From the NCBI GenBank assembly GCA_032718475.1, contig JAUCBJ010005463.1, positions 6,875 to 70,874 on the forward strand: a stretch of 64,000 nucleotides of DNA. The letters are read 5' to 3'. Source of the DNA: Nemertoderma westbladi (Eukaryota; Animalia; Xenacoelomorpha). Below are positions 48,362-60,932 of this stretch, in pieces; within the stretch, counting starts at the first letter, position 1; each line of letters begins with the position of its first letter. The notes below the pieces were generated by a model. It had not been told where the DNA came from, did not search any database, and saw only the letters and a program-made list of their open reading frames with translations. The position numbers were made by a program, and so were the translations under genes.

Positions 48362-49016
48362 GTTAGTATATTTCTATATCTTTCATTATATTTTTTCCGC
48401 TCCATTTGCTATAAAGTTGGATCATCCTAAGTCCTGTTTAAGTTACTTTAGGTTAGAATAACGTGCCAATGTCACTGCAACCCGCTCCTTTCCCTTAATT
48501 GATAATTTAACATTGAGACAAGATATTAATTCACCGAGATGGGATTTGCATCAAGTTCCCCCCCACGTCTCAGAATTTACTTGATTTGCATTTGGTATCC
48601 AAAGCCACATACTGTACATATGGACATTGATATCACGTATTCTCAAATTTAAATTTAAAATTTCGACAAATCTCAAATGTTATGTATTCGCCGCTCACGG
48701 AATTCAGTTATCCATAAGCAGATACATGATTGGTCCAAGTTAGCGGTGCTGCTACCCTCCAATGCAGTGTGTCTTCGTTTCATTATCTTCCTTTTCAGAT
48801 TTCAGTATCAATCCCTGGCTTGGCGTTGGCCTCTTGAGAATCAATGCGACCCCCAACTGATTGTATGAAACGATTATGTCTAGTTATATTTTAGTATTTT
48901 AAATATATATTTTGTTTACATCCCGGGCTAGAATTATTTATAATTATTACTTTAATGCACTGTTAAACTGTATTAAACTTTATTTTATTTTATTTACTTT
49001 TCTTTTATTTGTTTAG

Positions 49017-49167
49017 GGATGCTCCCATCGCTACAAAATATCAGCAGCCGATCTATTTGAACCAGAAGAATTATTCGACTTAATTAATTTTAAGAAAGTT
49101 CTACACACTCTCAGTAAACTCAGCTACAGCAGCATTGTTGTGAACCAAGGAATTCACCCATTTTCAG
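49017..49167 (+). CDS. vav: Vav coding exon 3 (CH domain end)
   Basis: TTTAG acceptor; DLFEPEELFDLINFKKVLHTLSKLS..GIHPF; donor GTGCGT, phase 1. Confidence 0.9.
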
Positions 49168-49366
49168 GTGCGTCAACATGAGGCAATAATGAGTCATTTA
49201 TACCCACCGGCCACCGCATTACCAGACCCAATGATGGACCAGTGTCAACCACTTCGTTACACATCATTCTACCCATCTTCAACAGTCTTTATTTATAGTA
49301 TTTTTGTCAAAGCTGCAGATTCCTCATTTAGTCACAGACACTGACTTTGCGGAGGACATCGACCTG

Positions 49367-49600
49367 TGGGGCGAGCGACGAAAGTAAGCGAGCTTAGCAT
49401 ACAGGTACCACTAACTCAATCGGTGTGTCTGTTGTTCTGTCGCGTCCAATTTTTAAATGTTAATAACTCAGCCAATCCTCGAAAAAATTTAACCAAACTT
49501 GGTACACATGTTGTTTGGCAAAAGTTTGGAAATTTTCCAAGTTGAATTTTCACGTGGCCTTCGAGAAGCTAAGATAATAGCAGTTAATTAGTTAATTAAG
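49367..49600 (+). repeat. Intronic copy of the interspersed repeat at 45178-45428
   Basis: Inverted homology blocks as listed for 45178-45428. Confidence 0.6.
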
Positions 49601-50798
49601 TTGATTTGGATAAAAACATCAATTTCAACCTGCCTCCTTAAAGGATATTAATTATTTTATAGTATAAGATATAAATAATTATACTTAAAAATTATACTGC
49701 AGTAATCCCCATACCCCATTCCATTATAGTTTTTAATTAGTTTGATTAATTAATTTGGTTTAATAAATGTGATTTTAATTGATCTAAACGTAAATAAGTC
49801 ATTAAAATGCCCGCGTCACTCTATGCCTCCCTCATTCCTTGGCATACTAGCTATTGCCTATTAGTTGGAACCAGTCCAATAAACTCATCACTACTTGGCA
49901 ACGGGTAATTATATCTATAGGACATAGGCAAGGCAGGCACTACTAGTGTAAAGTGACTAATAAGCCAGCTTGCTTATTATTTATCTCGCAAAAAGATTGC
50001 CTGGAGTATTTTATCGTGATTCTTTATAGAATATTTAGCTAAATAATTTCGTTGAGGTGTTGACATGATAAATGAATATTTCAGTATCAATACTATCGGC
50101 ATAAGGTAAGTTTTAATAATTTTTACAAATTGGGTTGCCTCCACAAATTTCCTGTTAATATCTCTGCTTTTCATTAATCCTTTGTGCTCCTTTGCGGTTG
50201 GGGTGGTGCAGATTAAGAGGGCTGTTGAAGCGAGGGGGGAACTTTCCTCTCTTCTTTGATTTATTCTTATAGGCGGTTTGGTTAAATTTCTTATTTATTT
50301 ATTTAAATTTCTTAAGTTCCGATTTTGGGATAGAATTGCTCAATTTTAATCTGTATCTGATAACTGAGCCTCGTCCTGCGCGAAGTCCCCACGAACGTGT
50401 ACGTGTCGTATACGTTAACGTTAACGTTGGCTAGCTAATGCAATATTTATACTAATTTTAGTCATTTTACTCGAGGCACCGCCAGGGGCGTCTTGGTGTG
50501 GGTCTTGTGTGTATTAAAAAAATGATTTTGGTTTATTGAATGTATGGGCTAGGGTAAAGGAGCATATTACTGTGTTTCTAATCAAAACAATAAACTAGTA
50601 TATATCCCGTTTTATATAATTTAATATTTTGAACTCCTTTTTAACTTCGTGTCCCCCCCTCCCCCATTACTGATAATACTCCAGCTACCGTCACAATTTA
50701 CCAATTTTTTATAGTCAAAATGTTGTCCGTGGCCTATAATGCGAATGTCGTCGAGATGTAACAGGAATCAGGATGACATTTCCATTGATTTGTTTCAG

Positions 50799-50983
50799 AT
50801 AACCCGGAGAGTTTTGGGTCTCGCGGAGACGAGGATGAGATTTACGCTCATTTCCCCACGTTGGCTGACGATAACCAGCTGGACGACGAAGAGGAGCCTA
50901 TCTATAACGCGATGACCAACGACGATGACAATGATGAAGATGTTTACAGCGATCTCGGCTTGATGCCCCACTCATTACAGAAC
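50799..50983 (+). CDS. vav: Vav coding exon 4 (acidic region with three regulatory tyrosines)
   Basis: TTTCAG acceptor; DEDEIY, EEEPIY and DEDVY motifs; donor GTTAGT. Confidence 0.88.
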
Positions 50984-51257
50984 GTTAGTTGTGGATCATA
51001 AAGATAAATAAGTTCGATAGTTTATGTTGTGGTCGTTATGGGACAGGGACAGGCAGGAGTGATTTGTTGGCCGGGGCCTGGGAATGTGAAAATATATTAT
51101 TATTAGCCATAGCATTTAGCAAGCTTGAAACATTCAAACTACTAAAAAAAATTACGATTATGATAGGGACGAGAACAGTGGTTTCCCTGGTAATTGGAAC
51201 CCAACTAACTACAGTATAATGAACTTTGAATTCCCGCAGGATATGCGGAATATTAGT

Positions 51258-51430
51258 TAGCAAGTCGTAAGACTTGATTACTGTAAGAAAAAAAGGCTAC
51301 TGACTACTGACTGACATAGAGCAAAAACGGCTCTAACGATTTTGATGAAATTTTGCATGGACCATGAAAATAGATTTATATGGGTACTTGTGAAATCGCG
51401 GTTTAAATTGAAAACATCTCAACTTTTAAA
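51258..51430 (+). repeat. Probable Helentron/HINE-like repeat fragment
   Basis: Short hairpin CAAGTCGTAAGACTTG, (ACTG)n microsatellite, then AAAACGGCTCTAACGATTTTGATGAAATTTTG, a layout typical of such elements. Confidence 0.45.
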
Positions 51431-52706
51431 ATGTATAGAGATGGCCTGGTAATGCATTCAATAGGAAGGGCAACTAACAAAGAAGTACTTTCTCTGCCAA
51501 GTTTTATTATCACTCTACTATACAACCCAGACAGTAATCAAAAATTAACTGGTTTAGCTGGCTATTACAGTATCAGCTGAATAACTCTTCCCAATGCATC
51601 CTTGCTATGTTAATTAATTGGCGTGCAAGCTAAATGACAGTTAGTTATACAGTGTGTTGGCTACACAGTGTATTGTACTATGCTCTCATCGCATTATTGT
51701 TTTATTTTGAAATCTTTGTGCCAACATTAATACTGTGGAGGCTGTATGCTTATAAGGCTGAATATTTACTCAGCCTCATAATGATTCTCCATAACACTAA
51801 CGTCTTATCACTTCTTGTGCGCGATTGTATTGAATTCATGACAACTGCTGTTATTATTATTAATCAATTGTCACCTCGACTCTTCTCTGAGACTCCGACT
51901 ACTCTATTCGATAGAATAAAATAATCATTTCGCTAACTGCTCTATATCTTCTATAATCTCAACAGCTTTCATAATTCATTAGAAGATTACAACATAATAG
52001 TTATAGTTTGAAGTTGTCTAGAAAATTTCTCGTACACCACCGGGACTACCCTCACACTAATTGATTATCAAACAGAACAAAAAGCTTTTACTTGACTCGT
52101 ATTGTCTCCTACGACTTGCTTCACGGGACGCTAGGCCCGTCTCTAGTTTCATAATAAATAAAATCGGTTTCTGCTTAGGAGAGATTTTAATGGTCACTGA
52201 TCTTCCAAATATCCAATACATATCTCAACCAACTAACAATTGCAACCTAACTAACATACTATTGTGATGTGAGTAATTTCCATAAATTCGTAAATTATGA
52301 AAGAATTAATATTCATAGAATAAAATATATCGTCGATTCCTGATAATGCTGTTGGCGTGGATGTTAACCAAAGCGTCTAATTTGATAGAATCAATATGGG
52401 ATTATATTATTTGAACAAACAAAAAATTTAAATCCTTCGGGTTACCAAGCTAAGTGAAAAAGTAAGTCACCGGTACTTCAACTTTACGCGGTTTTAGTGA
52501 AAGTCTAATAATTTTTAATCACCCCGGCTGCACTGCTGGCTTATATGCCGCAGTCAGGGTTAAACGTGCCAGACCTATCGCGTGTAAAAATTAAACAATC
52601 CCTGGGGAAATATTACTTTTAATCAAAAGATATTTGATCCGGGAACAATAATAATAGATTAAATCGACAAATAACTATTTCAATAGATAAATATAAATAT
52701 TATGAA

Positions 52707-55700
52707 TTAAGTAATATTTTTTTGGTATATTTTAACCAATAAAGCTTTCAATGAGGTTGCCCCTTTCTCTTTGGTTGACCAATGAATATGTGAATTGGTC
52801 CCTTCCGATCCATCGTTATCTGTTGCCCTGCGTGATCCGGTTCGTAAAGCAACGTTAAATGGCGCCGAATATGTGTAGGATCCGGAGTTGATTAACACCT
52901 CCAGGATAACCTTGACACCATGGCTACCTGGCAACGGTTGTGTAGTGGTAGGCAATGAGTTGCTCTGTTTGTTGCTCGAGTCTTTGAAGAGCTCGGTGGT
53001 TGCCATGGTTTCGGCGTATTGCACCACTGGGGTGAGTATAATTCGGTCTTCTCCCAGACAGGTGGGGTCTACTAACCTACCAGTAGTGATTTCCATTTTG
53101 CTCGGCACCAACAACTCCCGCTCATCTAGTATACGTCGCAGCGCCCCCTCGTGGGTTGCGTGGTAGGCTGTCTCCCCTTCGGTGTTGCGTGGGGAACCTC
53201 TGGGGGGCGCACATAATGGGAAGCGACACCAACCGGAAGGGATATTGTCTGTCCCAGAGGATGGATAGCAGAACAGGCAGTAGCAGACAGGGGGCTGAGT
53301 GGATTCAAAGAACCCTTGAGGGAGACACAGACTCGCCTTATACCGAGCACAAAGGTTGAAGTACTCACAAGGTCTACGTCTACTACTGGGAACTCTGTTA
53401 CCTACAGGAGCAATGTTCCCCCTAGGGACTATGTTCACATTGTTTCCATCTGGAACTCTGTTACCAACAGGAAGTCTTTTCATCCGATTATTAACTTCAT
53501 CCTTCTTTCCTTCTGCCAACTCAACTTTCTCTCTACTTCGCATCAAGATATTTGATCCGATAGATTTTACATCACATAAAGTCTGTTTTACCATCGTAAC
53601 AGACCGACACTGCCCATACAAGTCTACAATAGGGGTCCAAACTAAGGGTTGACCCTCACCCAACCCATTGTGATGACCCATACCCAACCCAGTGGCGGCC
53701 ACCCCCATATCATCTCCATTTACCACCACATGTAGTTTGTACCCAACATCAATATAGATACCCACAGTATCTCCCATGCTCACCACTGATAGGTCTGTTC
53801 CATAATCGGCCCGAATGCGGGCGCGGTTCCTATAGACACAACCATGACCCGCCACAACCCACGCATCTTGCAGTGCCACTGCACTGGTCGCATCTCCTAC
53901 CCTCAAGCAGGCACCTAATGCCACCCCAACCTGCACTCCCCCACTATACCCAGGTGTTACTTCGTCTACCCGCACTGAAACCAATGTGTTCCTCCCTATA
54001 GGAGTGCTACCCACAACAACACCACGATTGTAACCATGGCGACGCGTGGCACTGCGATTTCCATTGCTAATCGATACATTTGCGGCATGATTACCAGCCG
54101 CAAAATCCATCAATGTGGAGGTTATGTGACTGAGAGCAGTTGGTGAGTAATCAATGAAACGAGTTCTACTCACCAACTCAACCCGTTCCACCTCCCCATA
54201 GACCTCCATGATTCCGTAGAACTGACAGGGGGGTGCAATGGGTAGGTTGGAGAAGGCTGACCCCATGTCCACCCCATCTATCAGAAACCGCAGACAGTTG
54301 TCCCGTGCCCTCACCACAGCAAGACAACGCCCTGTAGCAGCATCCCAGTTACCATATCCTTCCCTTATTGGTTCCCCATTCAGATGCAATGTGCTGCCAC
54401 TCAGTGACCAAGTGGTAGTGCCGAGACTGGCTACTCGAGATGGGACTGAATTGGACAAACCTGATGGGTCCACTGTGGTCAATCCAATGGAAAGTGGACC
54501 AGCCCATAGTGAAGACAGACGTGTCATCCTCACCTCCCATATCTCATCAACTGCTAGTGGTGCAGCGCTGAACACCAACCCATCCTGGTAACCATGGCGA
54601 CGCACTGCAATTGTGGCGCCCTTCTCTAGGGTTATAGCACGACCACAGCGCTGGTGGAATACATGCGGACCCCCCGATGGTAGATTATAGGCATATGGGG
54701 TAGAATCTTGGAAGCATGTTGGTTGAATAGAGATGCGAGAACACTGGCCATAGAGATCAACAAATGCGTAACAACCACTTGCCACATTGCAGCATGCTGG
54801 TCCCATATCTACCCCATTGATGTAGAAATGCAGTGAGCGATCCGAGCTCTGCACCATAATGCCAACTCGAGTGCCCACTGAGAGGCTGTCCAAGTCGCAC
54901 CTGTATTCATTAGAGACTGTCTGTCCAAGACTGACAATGCTACTGCCACTGAGCATCCAGGTAGAGACGCCTGGGTCTGTTAGACTAGCTGGAGGGAATT
55001 GATTAACAGCAGGATCTACCCTTGTCACTCCAGCTTCCAACGAACCTGACCACCGTTCCACCAACTCTTCGATTACGATCTCAAATAACTGATCATCCTG
55101 AAGAACTTGGTTACTTAGAACCACTGCATTGTTGAACTCACCCCCTGCATTTGGTCGGCTCGCTGTGAGTCCCTGGTTGGAGATGAGTGCATTGGTTCCA
55201 TGGATCAAATGAAACCGGAAGCTCTGCTGATTCCCTGGCTCCTGTAGAATCTCTGCTGTCTCAAAGTAAACCTCGGAAGCCTCTGAGTCAATGATGGAGC
55301 TTTCATCATTGTCATCATCGACCACTAATTCATCAACGATGGATGCCTGGGTTGCCCGGCCATAAAGGTCAATTACTCCATACAATCGACCTGGAAGGTT
55401 GGATGCAGCTACACCCAAACAAGAACCATTGAAATAGAAATATAACTTACGTTCTTCAGGATTTCCTTGTACATCATATTCTCCCCTCTCCCAGTCCCCA
55501 TCTACCTCATCCATGCCTCTTTCTCTCCCTTCCCTACCTACTTCACCCCCATCGATATCCTCATCCCCACACACTTCACCCCTCCCCCTACTACTATTCC
55601 CCCTCCTCCTCTCCTTGCCCCCACCTCTAACTACTACACCCACAGTGTCCCCCACTACTGCCCCATCAAGATTCGGCCCATAGTCATCCTTCACACAAAC

Positions 55701-57164
55701 CCCATTGTGCAGCACCCCGGCGCTGGTCAACAACCATGTGACTCCATCAGTAGGCGCATTCGTCATTGTTGATGGGAGACTATCCAGATGGAGTGGGGTG
55801 TGCGTGGTAACTCCAACCTCCAATGACCCTGCCCATTTGTTTACCATCCTGTCGATTCGCACAGTAAACATTTCGCTAGGATGTAGTGCCCTTGTAGTGA
55901 GAACAACTCCATTGTTAAAGTTATCTGCATCATTGATTCGAACAGCCGACCTACTTCCATCCACCACTCTCACCTGGTCTCCACAACGTTTATGGAAGAG
56001 AAGCTTATCTGTCTCACAATCCAACTGGGCGATTTCTCCATCTTCTAGTTGGTTAATGTCCTCTGTAGGAGACTCATTTGTAGTGCAAACAACATCATTA
56101 TGGAGTTTGTCAGAGAGACGAATTTCGCAATTGTCAATATCTATGAAAGCGAACAGTCTTGGTGGCACTCGAGTAAGAGCAACGCCTAAATCTGCTCCAT
56201 TAACATAAAAGTTAAGGGAGCCAGTTGTGGATAAGACAAACCCTAAGCGAGTCCCAACAGTATAGTGAATTGGAGGTCCATAGTTAGAGACAAACAGGTT
56301 CCTGTTTACAAATAACATGCCATTCGCCAGACTCAGTGTGCCAGAAGGTATCTCTGAAACCGCAGTTGCGGACATGTGATCTATCTGCAATGGAGATAAA
56401 ACAGTTACACCAAAGCACAAATTATAGGTACCGTTAAAATCCATTGAACATATCTCAATCTCGAAGAATTCCCCTGCCTTTACAGATCGGTTTGAGGTAA
56501 CCCAGCGGACTGGGCCATCCCTACCAATATGGGATGCGCGATCGTCAAAAATTTGCACCCCTTCACCACACACCGAATGGAAACCCAACTTCTCGGGTCC
56601 CATCATGTCATGAGCCATAATTACAGGGGCCAAAGACAAACAATCAGCTATTCGAACCTCAGCGCACAGTCCGTACACATCTATCACAGCGAACACCCTC
56701 CTGGGCAGACCCTCGGCTGCGGTGCCCTGATCCACCCCATTGACCCAGATGTGCAACTCTCCATTGTCAGTTCGTTCCACTCCCACTCGATCTCCGGTTC
56801 CTAGTGAGTCCAGGTCGACTCCCCCATACTGATCAGCCACTGTTTTCCCATCTATGAGAACCGTGTGACCAGTTACCACCCAAGTAGATTCCGGCACCAT
56901 CGCAGCGCTCGCTGGAAGCACCATATCCTCTGGTGTAATGGCGGTGACACCAACCACCAGAGAGCCGCTCCACTTTGTCACCTTGGCAGAAATCTCAATG
57001 AGAAATATTTCTCCAGGAAGCAAGGGGGATTCCCCCATTACAATTCCATTATTAAACTCCTGTAGTGTTTGGTTACGGGTTGCTGTTCGGTTACCATCCG
57101 ATAGTGTCACCAATGAGCCGCAGTTGGAGTGGAAGCGGCGACCGTGTAGTGGTTCTACTGACAT
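52707..57164 (-). CDS. NEURL4: Neuralized-like protein 4 (six NHR domains plus C-terminal ADP-ribosyltransferase-like region), single exon
   Basis: Repeated FH..CG / FNNG.V / WSGSL..GVT / G.R.G / F..NG.D.G.A / DLYG motifs six times; C-terminal CYCLFC..GWCRF..AYHATHEGALRRILD. Confidence 0.92.
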   Translation of the reverse strand: MSVEPLHGRRFHSNCGSLVTLSDGNRTATRNQTLQEFNNGIVMGESPLLPGEIFLIEISAKVTKWSGSLVVGVTAITPEDMVLPASAAMVPESTWVVTGHTVLIDGKTVADQYGGVDLDSLGTGDRVGVERTDNGELHIWVNGVDQGTAAEGLPRRVFAVIDVYGLCAEVRIADCLSLAPVIMAHDMMGPEKLGFHSVCGEGVQIFDDRASHIGRDGPVRWVTSNRSVKAGEFFEIEICSMDFNGTYNLCFGVTVLSPLQIDHMSATAVSEIPSGTLSLANGMLFVNRNLFVSNYGPPIHYTVGTRLGFVLSTTGSLNFYVNGADLGVALTRVPPRLFAFIDIDNCEIRLSDKLHNDVVCTTNESPTEDINQLEDGEIAQLDCETDKLLFHKRCGDQVRVVDGSRSAVRINDADNFNNGVVLTTRALHPSEMFTVRIDRMVNKWAGSLEVGVTTHTPLHLDSLPSTMTNAPTDGVTWLLTSAGVLHNGVCVKDDYGPNLDGAVVGDTVGVVVRGGGKERRRGNSSRGRGEVCGDEDIDGGEVGREGRERGMDEVDGDWERGEYDVQGNPEERKLYFYFNGSCLGVAASNLPGRLYGVIDLYGRATQASIVDELVVDDDNDESSIIDSEASEVYFETAEILQEPGNQQSFRFHLIHGTNALISNQGLTASRPNAGGEFNNAVVLSNQVLQDDQLFEIVIEELVERWSGSLEAGVTRVDPAVNQFPPASLTDPGVSTWMLSGSSIVSLGQTVSNEYRCDLDSLSVGTRVGIMVQSSDRSLHFYINGVDMGPACCNVASGCYAFVDLYGQCSRISIQPTCFQDSTPYAYNLPSGGPHVFHQRCGRAITLEKGATIAVRRHGYQDGLVFSAAPLAVDEIWEVRMTRLSSLWAGPLSIGLTTVDPSGLSNSVPSRVASLGTTTWSLSGSTLHLNGEPIREGYGNWDAATGRCLAVVRARDNCLRFLIDGVDMGSAFSNLPIAPPCQFYGIMEVYGEVERVELVSRTRFIDYSPTALSHITSTLMDFAAGNHAANVSISNGNRSATRRHGYNRGVVVGSTPIGRNTLVSVRVDEVTPGYSGGVQVGVALGACLRVGDATSAVALQDAWVVAGHGCVYRNRARIRADYGTDLSVVSMGDTVGIYIDVGYKLHVVVNGDDMGVAATGLGMGHHNGLGEGQPLVWTPIVDLYGQCRSVTMVKQTLCDVKSIGSNILMRSREKVELAEGKKDEVNNRMKRLPVGNRVPDGNNVNIVPRGNIAPVGNRVPSSRRRPCEYFNLCARYKASLCLPQGFFESTQPPVCYCLFCYPSSGTDNIPSGWCRFPLCAPPRGSPRNTEGETAYHATHEGALRRILDERELLVPSKMEITTGRLVDPTCLGEDRIILTPVVQYAETMATTELFKDSSNKQSNSLPTTTQPLPGSHGVKVILEVLINSGSYTYSAPFNVALRTGSRRATDNDGSEGTNSHIHWSTKEKGATSLKALLVKIYQKNIT

Positions 57165-58388
57165 TGTGAGTTAGTTTATATACGTAGACCGCTTAGGGGT
57201 TTATTAATTAATAGTTTCAGTTCGCAGTGTTGAGTTTCAATTCGGAGTATTAATCTTATCATATGACCCTGGTAAACGGAAAGTTTGATTTACAAGGGTG
57301 TCTTGTCCAATTATTTCATTTTGATTATACTGTGTTCCACAAAATTTGACACGTTTTTGTTTGAAATAACTTTGGCTCTATATTTGCGAAATTTCGTGTT
57401 TGTGCTGTCACTCTGAAGCAAAACACAAAATTAACGATTGGTGGTATGGTAGGGTATGGATTGGTTTAGTTGCTATTGAAACAACTATGTTCTTTGAATA
57501 ATAAATTTAATGTTACGTTAGAGTTAGATGGATGCTTTTATGGCCCATAATGTAGTTTATTTTTCTGATGACAGGGACCCCACCCACATTGATTAACTCA
57601 TAAAGCCAGAAATAGTGATTTTACCTTTACATATTTTTTATAAGCGTTGTAAAAAGTGTATTTTGCAAAATTTACCATTCGTATCGCCGTCATTATTCTG
57701 TTTTATATCATTAGAAAGCTTGTGTTACTAGGATTCCAAATAATGTCGGAATTTCGTTGAGAAACAGCTGGGTGTTCAGAGAATTATCGTTCGATGAAAG
57801 CCATTTATTATATTTATATTTACACAAAATAGTATGAACTAACCAATATTCTGACAAATAGTTTAATGGGAAAACATTTCCGTTCTTCATGTATTGGCAA
57901 AAAAAAGGAAAATTTAACTAAGTTATTAAGAAAATCGAACTAAGTTATTAAACAAATGCGTTTCAAATTTTATTTTAACATTACAATTTTTTAGATGTAA
58001 TTATAAATTATTATTATTAGCATCAACATGCCTGGCGCGTTTCCTTACTCTTTAGTTAGTATTACACTCGAAATAAAATAAATATGTTTCAATCAATATT
58101 GGAATAATATCAATTAATAAGAAATAGTTTCGATATTTCTCATAAAAATGTGTTTTACTTAATCAATATTATTATTATTCGAGGCCAATTTGCATTTTCG
58201 AATAACGAAAAAAATAAATCCTCATGACCTATTGTGTATTATTGTTTAGATGGCCTTGAGTTAACGTGTACATGTTGTAACCTGGATGATAGACAAAAAA
58301 TTATACTGAACTGGACAGAGAATATCGGACCAGACTTTCCGCCTACCAGCTAGCTCTATAACATTGCAACTCAACTCTACATACACAG

Positions 58389-59096
58389 TTACATGGACAT
58401 CCCCGGTCTGGGTACTAGACCACCGGACATGACCATCATCCCAGAGGGCGCCGGCGTCCCTGGGCTCATTAGCGATAGACTCCCGGGATTCACCGATCTG
58501 GGAACGGGTTTCAGCCCCTTCCCGAAGGCGACCGCGCCGATCAGACTGTTGGTATCGGCGGGGGAAGTTGACGTGCCGAAGGAGCGAGGATGCCCAGATA
58601 TATCGGTGGGATCAACGTCCAGTTTAACGGCTGTTATTAGATTAATCGAGGTGTTACACAACTTATTTAGATGAGTTATCTGTTTCTGTATCGCTTCGGG
58701 ATTGACGGAGGGGTTAATCGACTTAGCTAGTTCGATTTCTTTCTCTTCAACCTCAGGCAACGCTTTAGTTCTAAGGTAATCCGGGACTATTTCGTGACTA
58801 AACGCGGAAACCCTGCCTTCGCTTAAGTTAAATAAATCGTTGTCCTGTTCCTGGGATAGGCAGATCGGTAAGCAGATATAATTGCGTAGCGTTGGGAGTT
58901 TATCCGACCGCATACATTGGTACAAAGAACTCAACTGGCCTGAAATCAAGGCGAAGTTGTCCAAAACAGTGCGCCAGTCTAGATCTTCGGTTTCTAGGCG
59001 AGATAAAAACAATCCGATTGAGTTTTTGAGTTCCTGAATTCTCGTGATTAATTCTTCTATTCCAGTTTCGAGTAGTCGATCGTCTCTGGATTGCAT
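58389..59096 (-). CDS. MED8: Mediator subunit 8, copy 1 (single exon; ATG at 59096)
   Basis: MQSRDDRLLE..LKNSI..W.TVLDNFALISGQL..LSEGRV.AFSHEIVPDYLRTK.LPEVEE matches MED8 signatures. Confidence 0.93.
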   Translation of the reverse strand: MQSRDDRLLETGIEELITRIQELKNSIGLFLSRLETEDLDWRTVLDNFALISGQLSSLYQCMRSDKLPTLRNYICLPICLSQEQDNDLFNLSEGRVSAFSHEIVPDYLRTKALPEVEEKEIELAKSINPSVNPEAIQKQITHLNKLCNTSINLITAVKLDVDPTDISGHPRSFGTSTSPADTNSLIGAVAFGKGLKPVPRSVNPGSLSLMSPGTPAPSGMMVMSGGLVPRPGMSM

Positions 59097-59505
59097 ACCG
59101 GCAGAGCGGTTCGGGTCCAGTACTGGCACTTTCCTGTTTCCACTTTCTTCTTACAGTCTTATACAATACTGTAATACCTGGATACAGCAATTTACCAGAA
59201 TACAACCAATTTAGCAACTACCGTACCGGTACAGCGGTAGGCCTAAAGCAGTAAATTACTACAGTACTGCAGAGTAGTAAGTACAGACAGAAGTGGGGCG
59301 GTTCCCCGGGGTTATGGTGCGTTAGGTCCGTGACATTAGGTCCTCCTGGTAGCAATATGTCCGTGGCGTTAGGTCCTGGTAGCGTTAGGGCCGTACCATT
59401 AGGTCAGTAGGTCCAGTCTGCCTCCAAAACCAGTCAGGTTAGTAAAGGAGCAGGTTACAGAGGCGAGTTGAAAGGAACCAAAACAATAAACGAGAGTTAG
59501 GGATA

Positions 59506-59704
59506 GTCCTAACCTTTGTTCCTCAGTTATTTTAGCCGCTGTCCTAACCTTTGTTCCTTAGCTTTAGTTTAACCGCTGTCCTAACCTTTGTTCCTCAGTT
59601 AGTTTAGCCGCTGTCCTAACCTTTGTTCCTTAGCTTTAGTTTAACCGCTGTCCTAACCTTTGTTCCGCAGTTAGTTTAACCGCTGTCCTAACCTTTGTTT
59701 CTCA
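59506..59704. repeat. Short satellite block carried in duplication unit 1
   Basis: Same units as the start of the 60933 array. Confidence 0.9.
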
Positions 59705-59815
59705 TAACCTGGATGATAGACAAAAAATTATACTGAACTGGACAGAGAATATCGGACCAGACTTTCCGCCTACCAGCTAGCTCTATAACATTGCAACTCA
59801 ACTCTACATACACAG

Positions 59816-60523
59816 TTACATGGACATCCCCGGTCTGGGTACTAGACCACCGGACATGACCATCATCCCAGAGGGCGCCGGCGTCCCTGGGCTCATTAGC
59901 GATAGACTCCCGGGATTCACCGATCTGGGAACGGGTTTCAGCCCCTTCCCGAAGGCGACCGCGCCGATCAGACTGTTGGTATCGGCGGGGGAAGTTGACG
60001 TGCCGAAGGAGCGAGGATGCCCAGATATATCGGTGGGATCAACGTCCAGTTTAACGGCTGTTATTAGATTAATCGAGGTGTTACACAACTTATTTAGATG
60101 AGTTATCTGTTTCTGTATCGCTTCGGGATTGACGGAGGGGTTAATCGACTTAGCTAGTTCGATTTCTTTCTCTTCAACCTCAGGCAACGCTTTAGTTCTA
60201 AGGTAATCCGGGACTATTTCGTGACTAAACGCGGAAACCCTGCCTTCGCTTAAGTTAAATAAATCGTTGTCCTGTTCCTGGGATAGGCAGATCGGTAAGC
60301 AGATATAATTGCGTAGCGTTGGGAGTTTATCCGACCGCATACATTGGTACAAAGAACTCAACTGGCCTGAAATCAAGGCGAAGTTGTCCAAAACAGTGCG
60401 CCAGTCTAGATCTTCGGTTTCTAGGCGAGATAAAAACAATCCGATTGAGTTTTTGAGTTCCTGAATTCTCGTGATTAATTCTTCTATTCCAGTTTCGAGT
60501 AGTCGATCGTCTCTGGATTGCAT
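59816..60523 (-). CDS. MED8: Mediator subunit 8, copy 2 (identical)
   Basis: Same sequence offset by 1427 bp. Confidence 0.9.
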   Translation of the reverse strand: MQSRDDRLLETGIEELITRIQELKNSIGLFLSRLETEDLDWRTVLDNFALISGQLSSLYQCMRSDKLPTLRNYICLPICLSQEQDNDLFNLSEGRVSAFSHEIVPDYLRTKALPEVEEKEIELAKSINPSVNPEAIQKQITHLNKLCNTSINLITAVKLDVDPTDISGHPRSFGTSTSPADTNSLIGAVAFGKGLKPVPRSVNPGSLSLMSPGTPAPSGMMVMSGGLVPRPGMSM

Positions 60524-60932
60524 ACCGGCAGAGCGGTTCGGGTCCAGTACTGGCACTTTCCTGTTTCCACTTTCTTCTTACAGTCTTATACAATACTGTA
60601 ATACCTGGATACAGCAATTTACCAGAATACAACCAATTTAGCAACTACCGTACCGGTACAGCGGTAGGCCTAAAGCAGTAAATTACTACAGTACTGCAGA
60701 GTAGTAAGTACAGACAGAAGTGGGGCGGTTCCCCGGGGTTATGGTGCGTTAGGTCCGTGACATTAGGTCCTCCTGGTAGCAATATGTCCGTGGCGTTAGG
60801 TCCTGGTAGCGTTAGGGCCGTACCATTAGGTCAGTAGGTCCAGTCTGCCTCCAAAACCAGTCAGGTTAGTAAAGGAGCAGGTTACAGAGGCGAGTTGAAA
60901 GGAACCAAAACAATAAACGAGAGTTAGGGATA

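Noticed and set aside
49319-49383. Small extra Vav exon (CAG..GTAAGC)
   Set aside because: The donor lies inside an interspersed repeat, there is no Vav homology, and exons 3 and 4 already join in frame.
59097-59129. N-terminal extension of MED8 (MPVLDPNRSAG) in the ORF track
   Set aside because: It begins at GTG; homology starts at the ATG at 59096 (60523 in copy 2).
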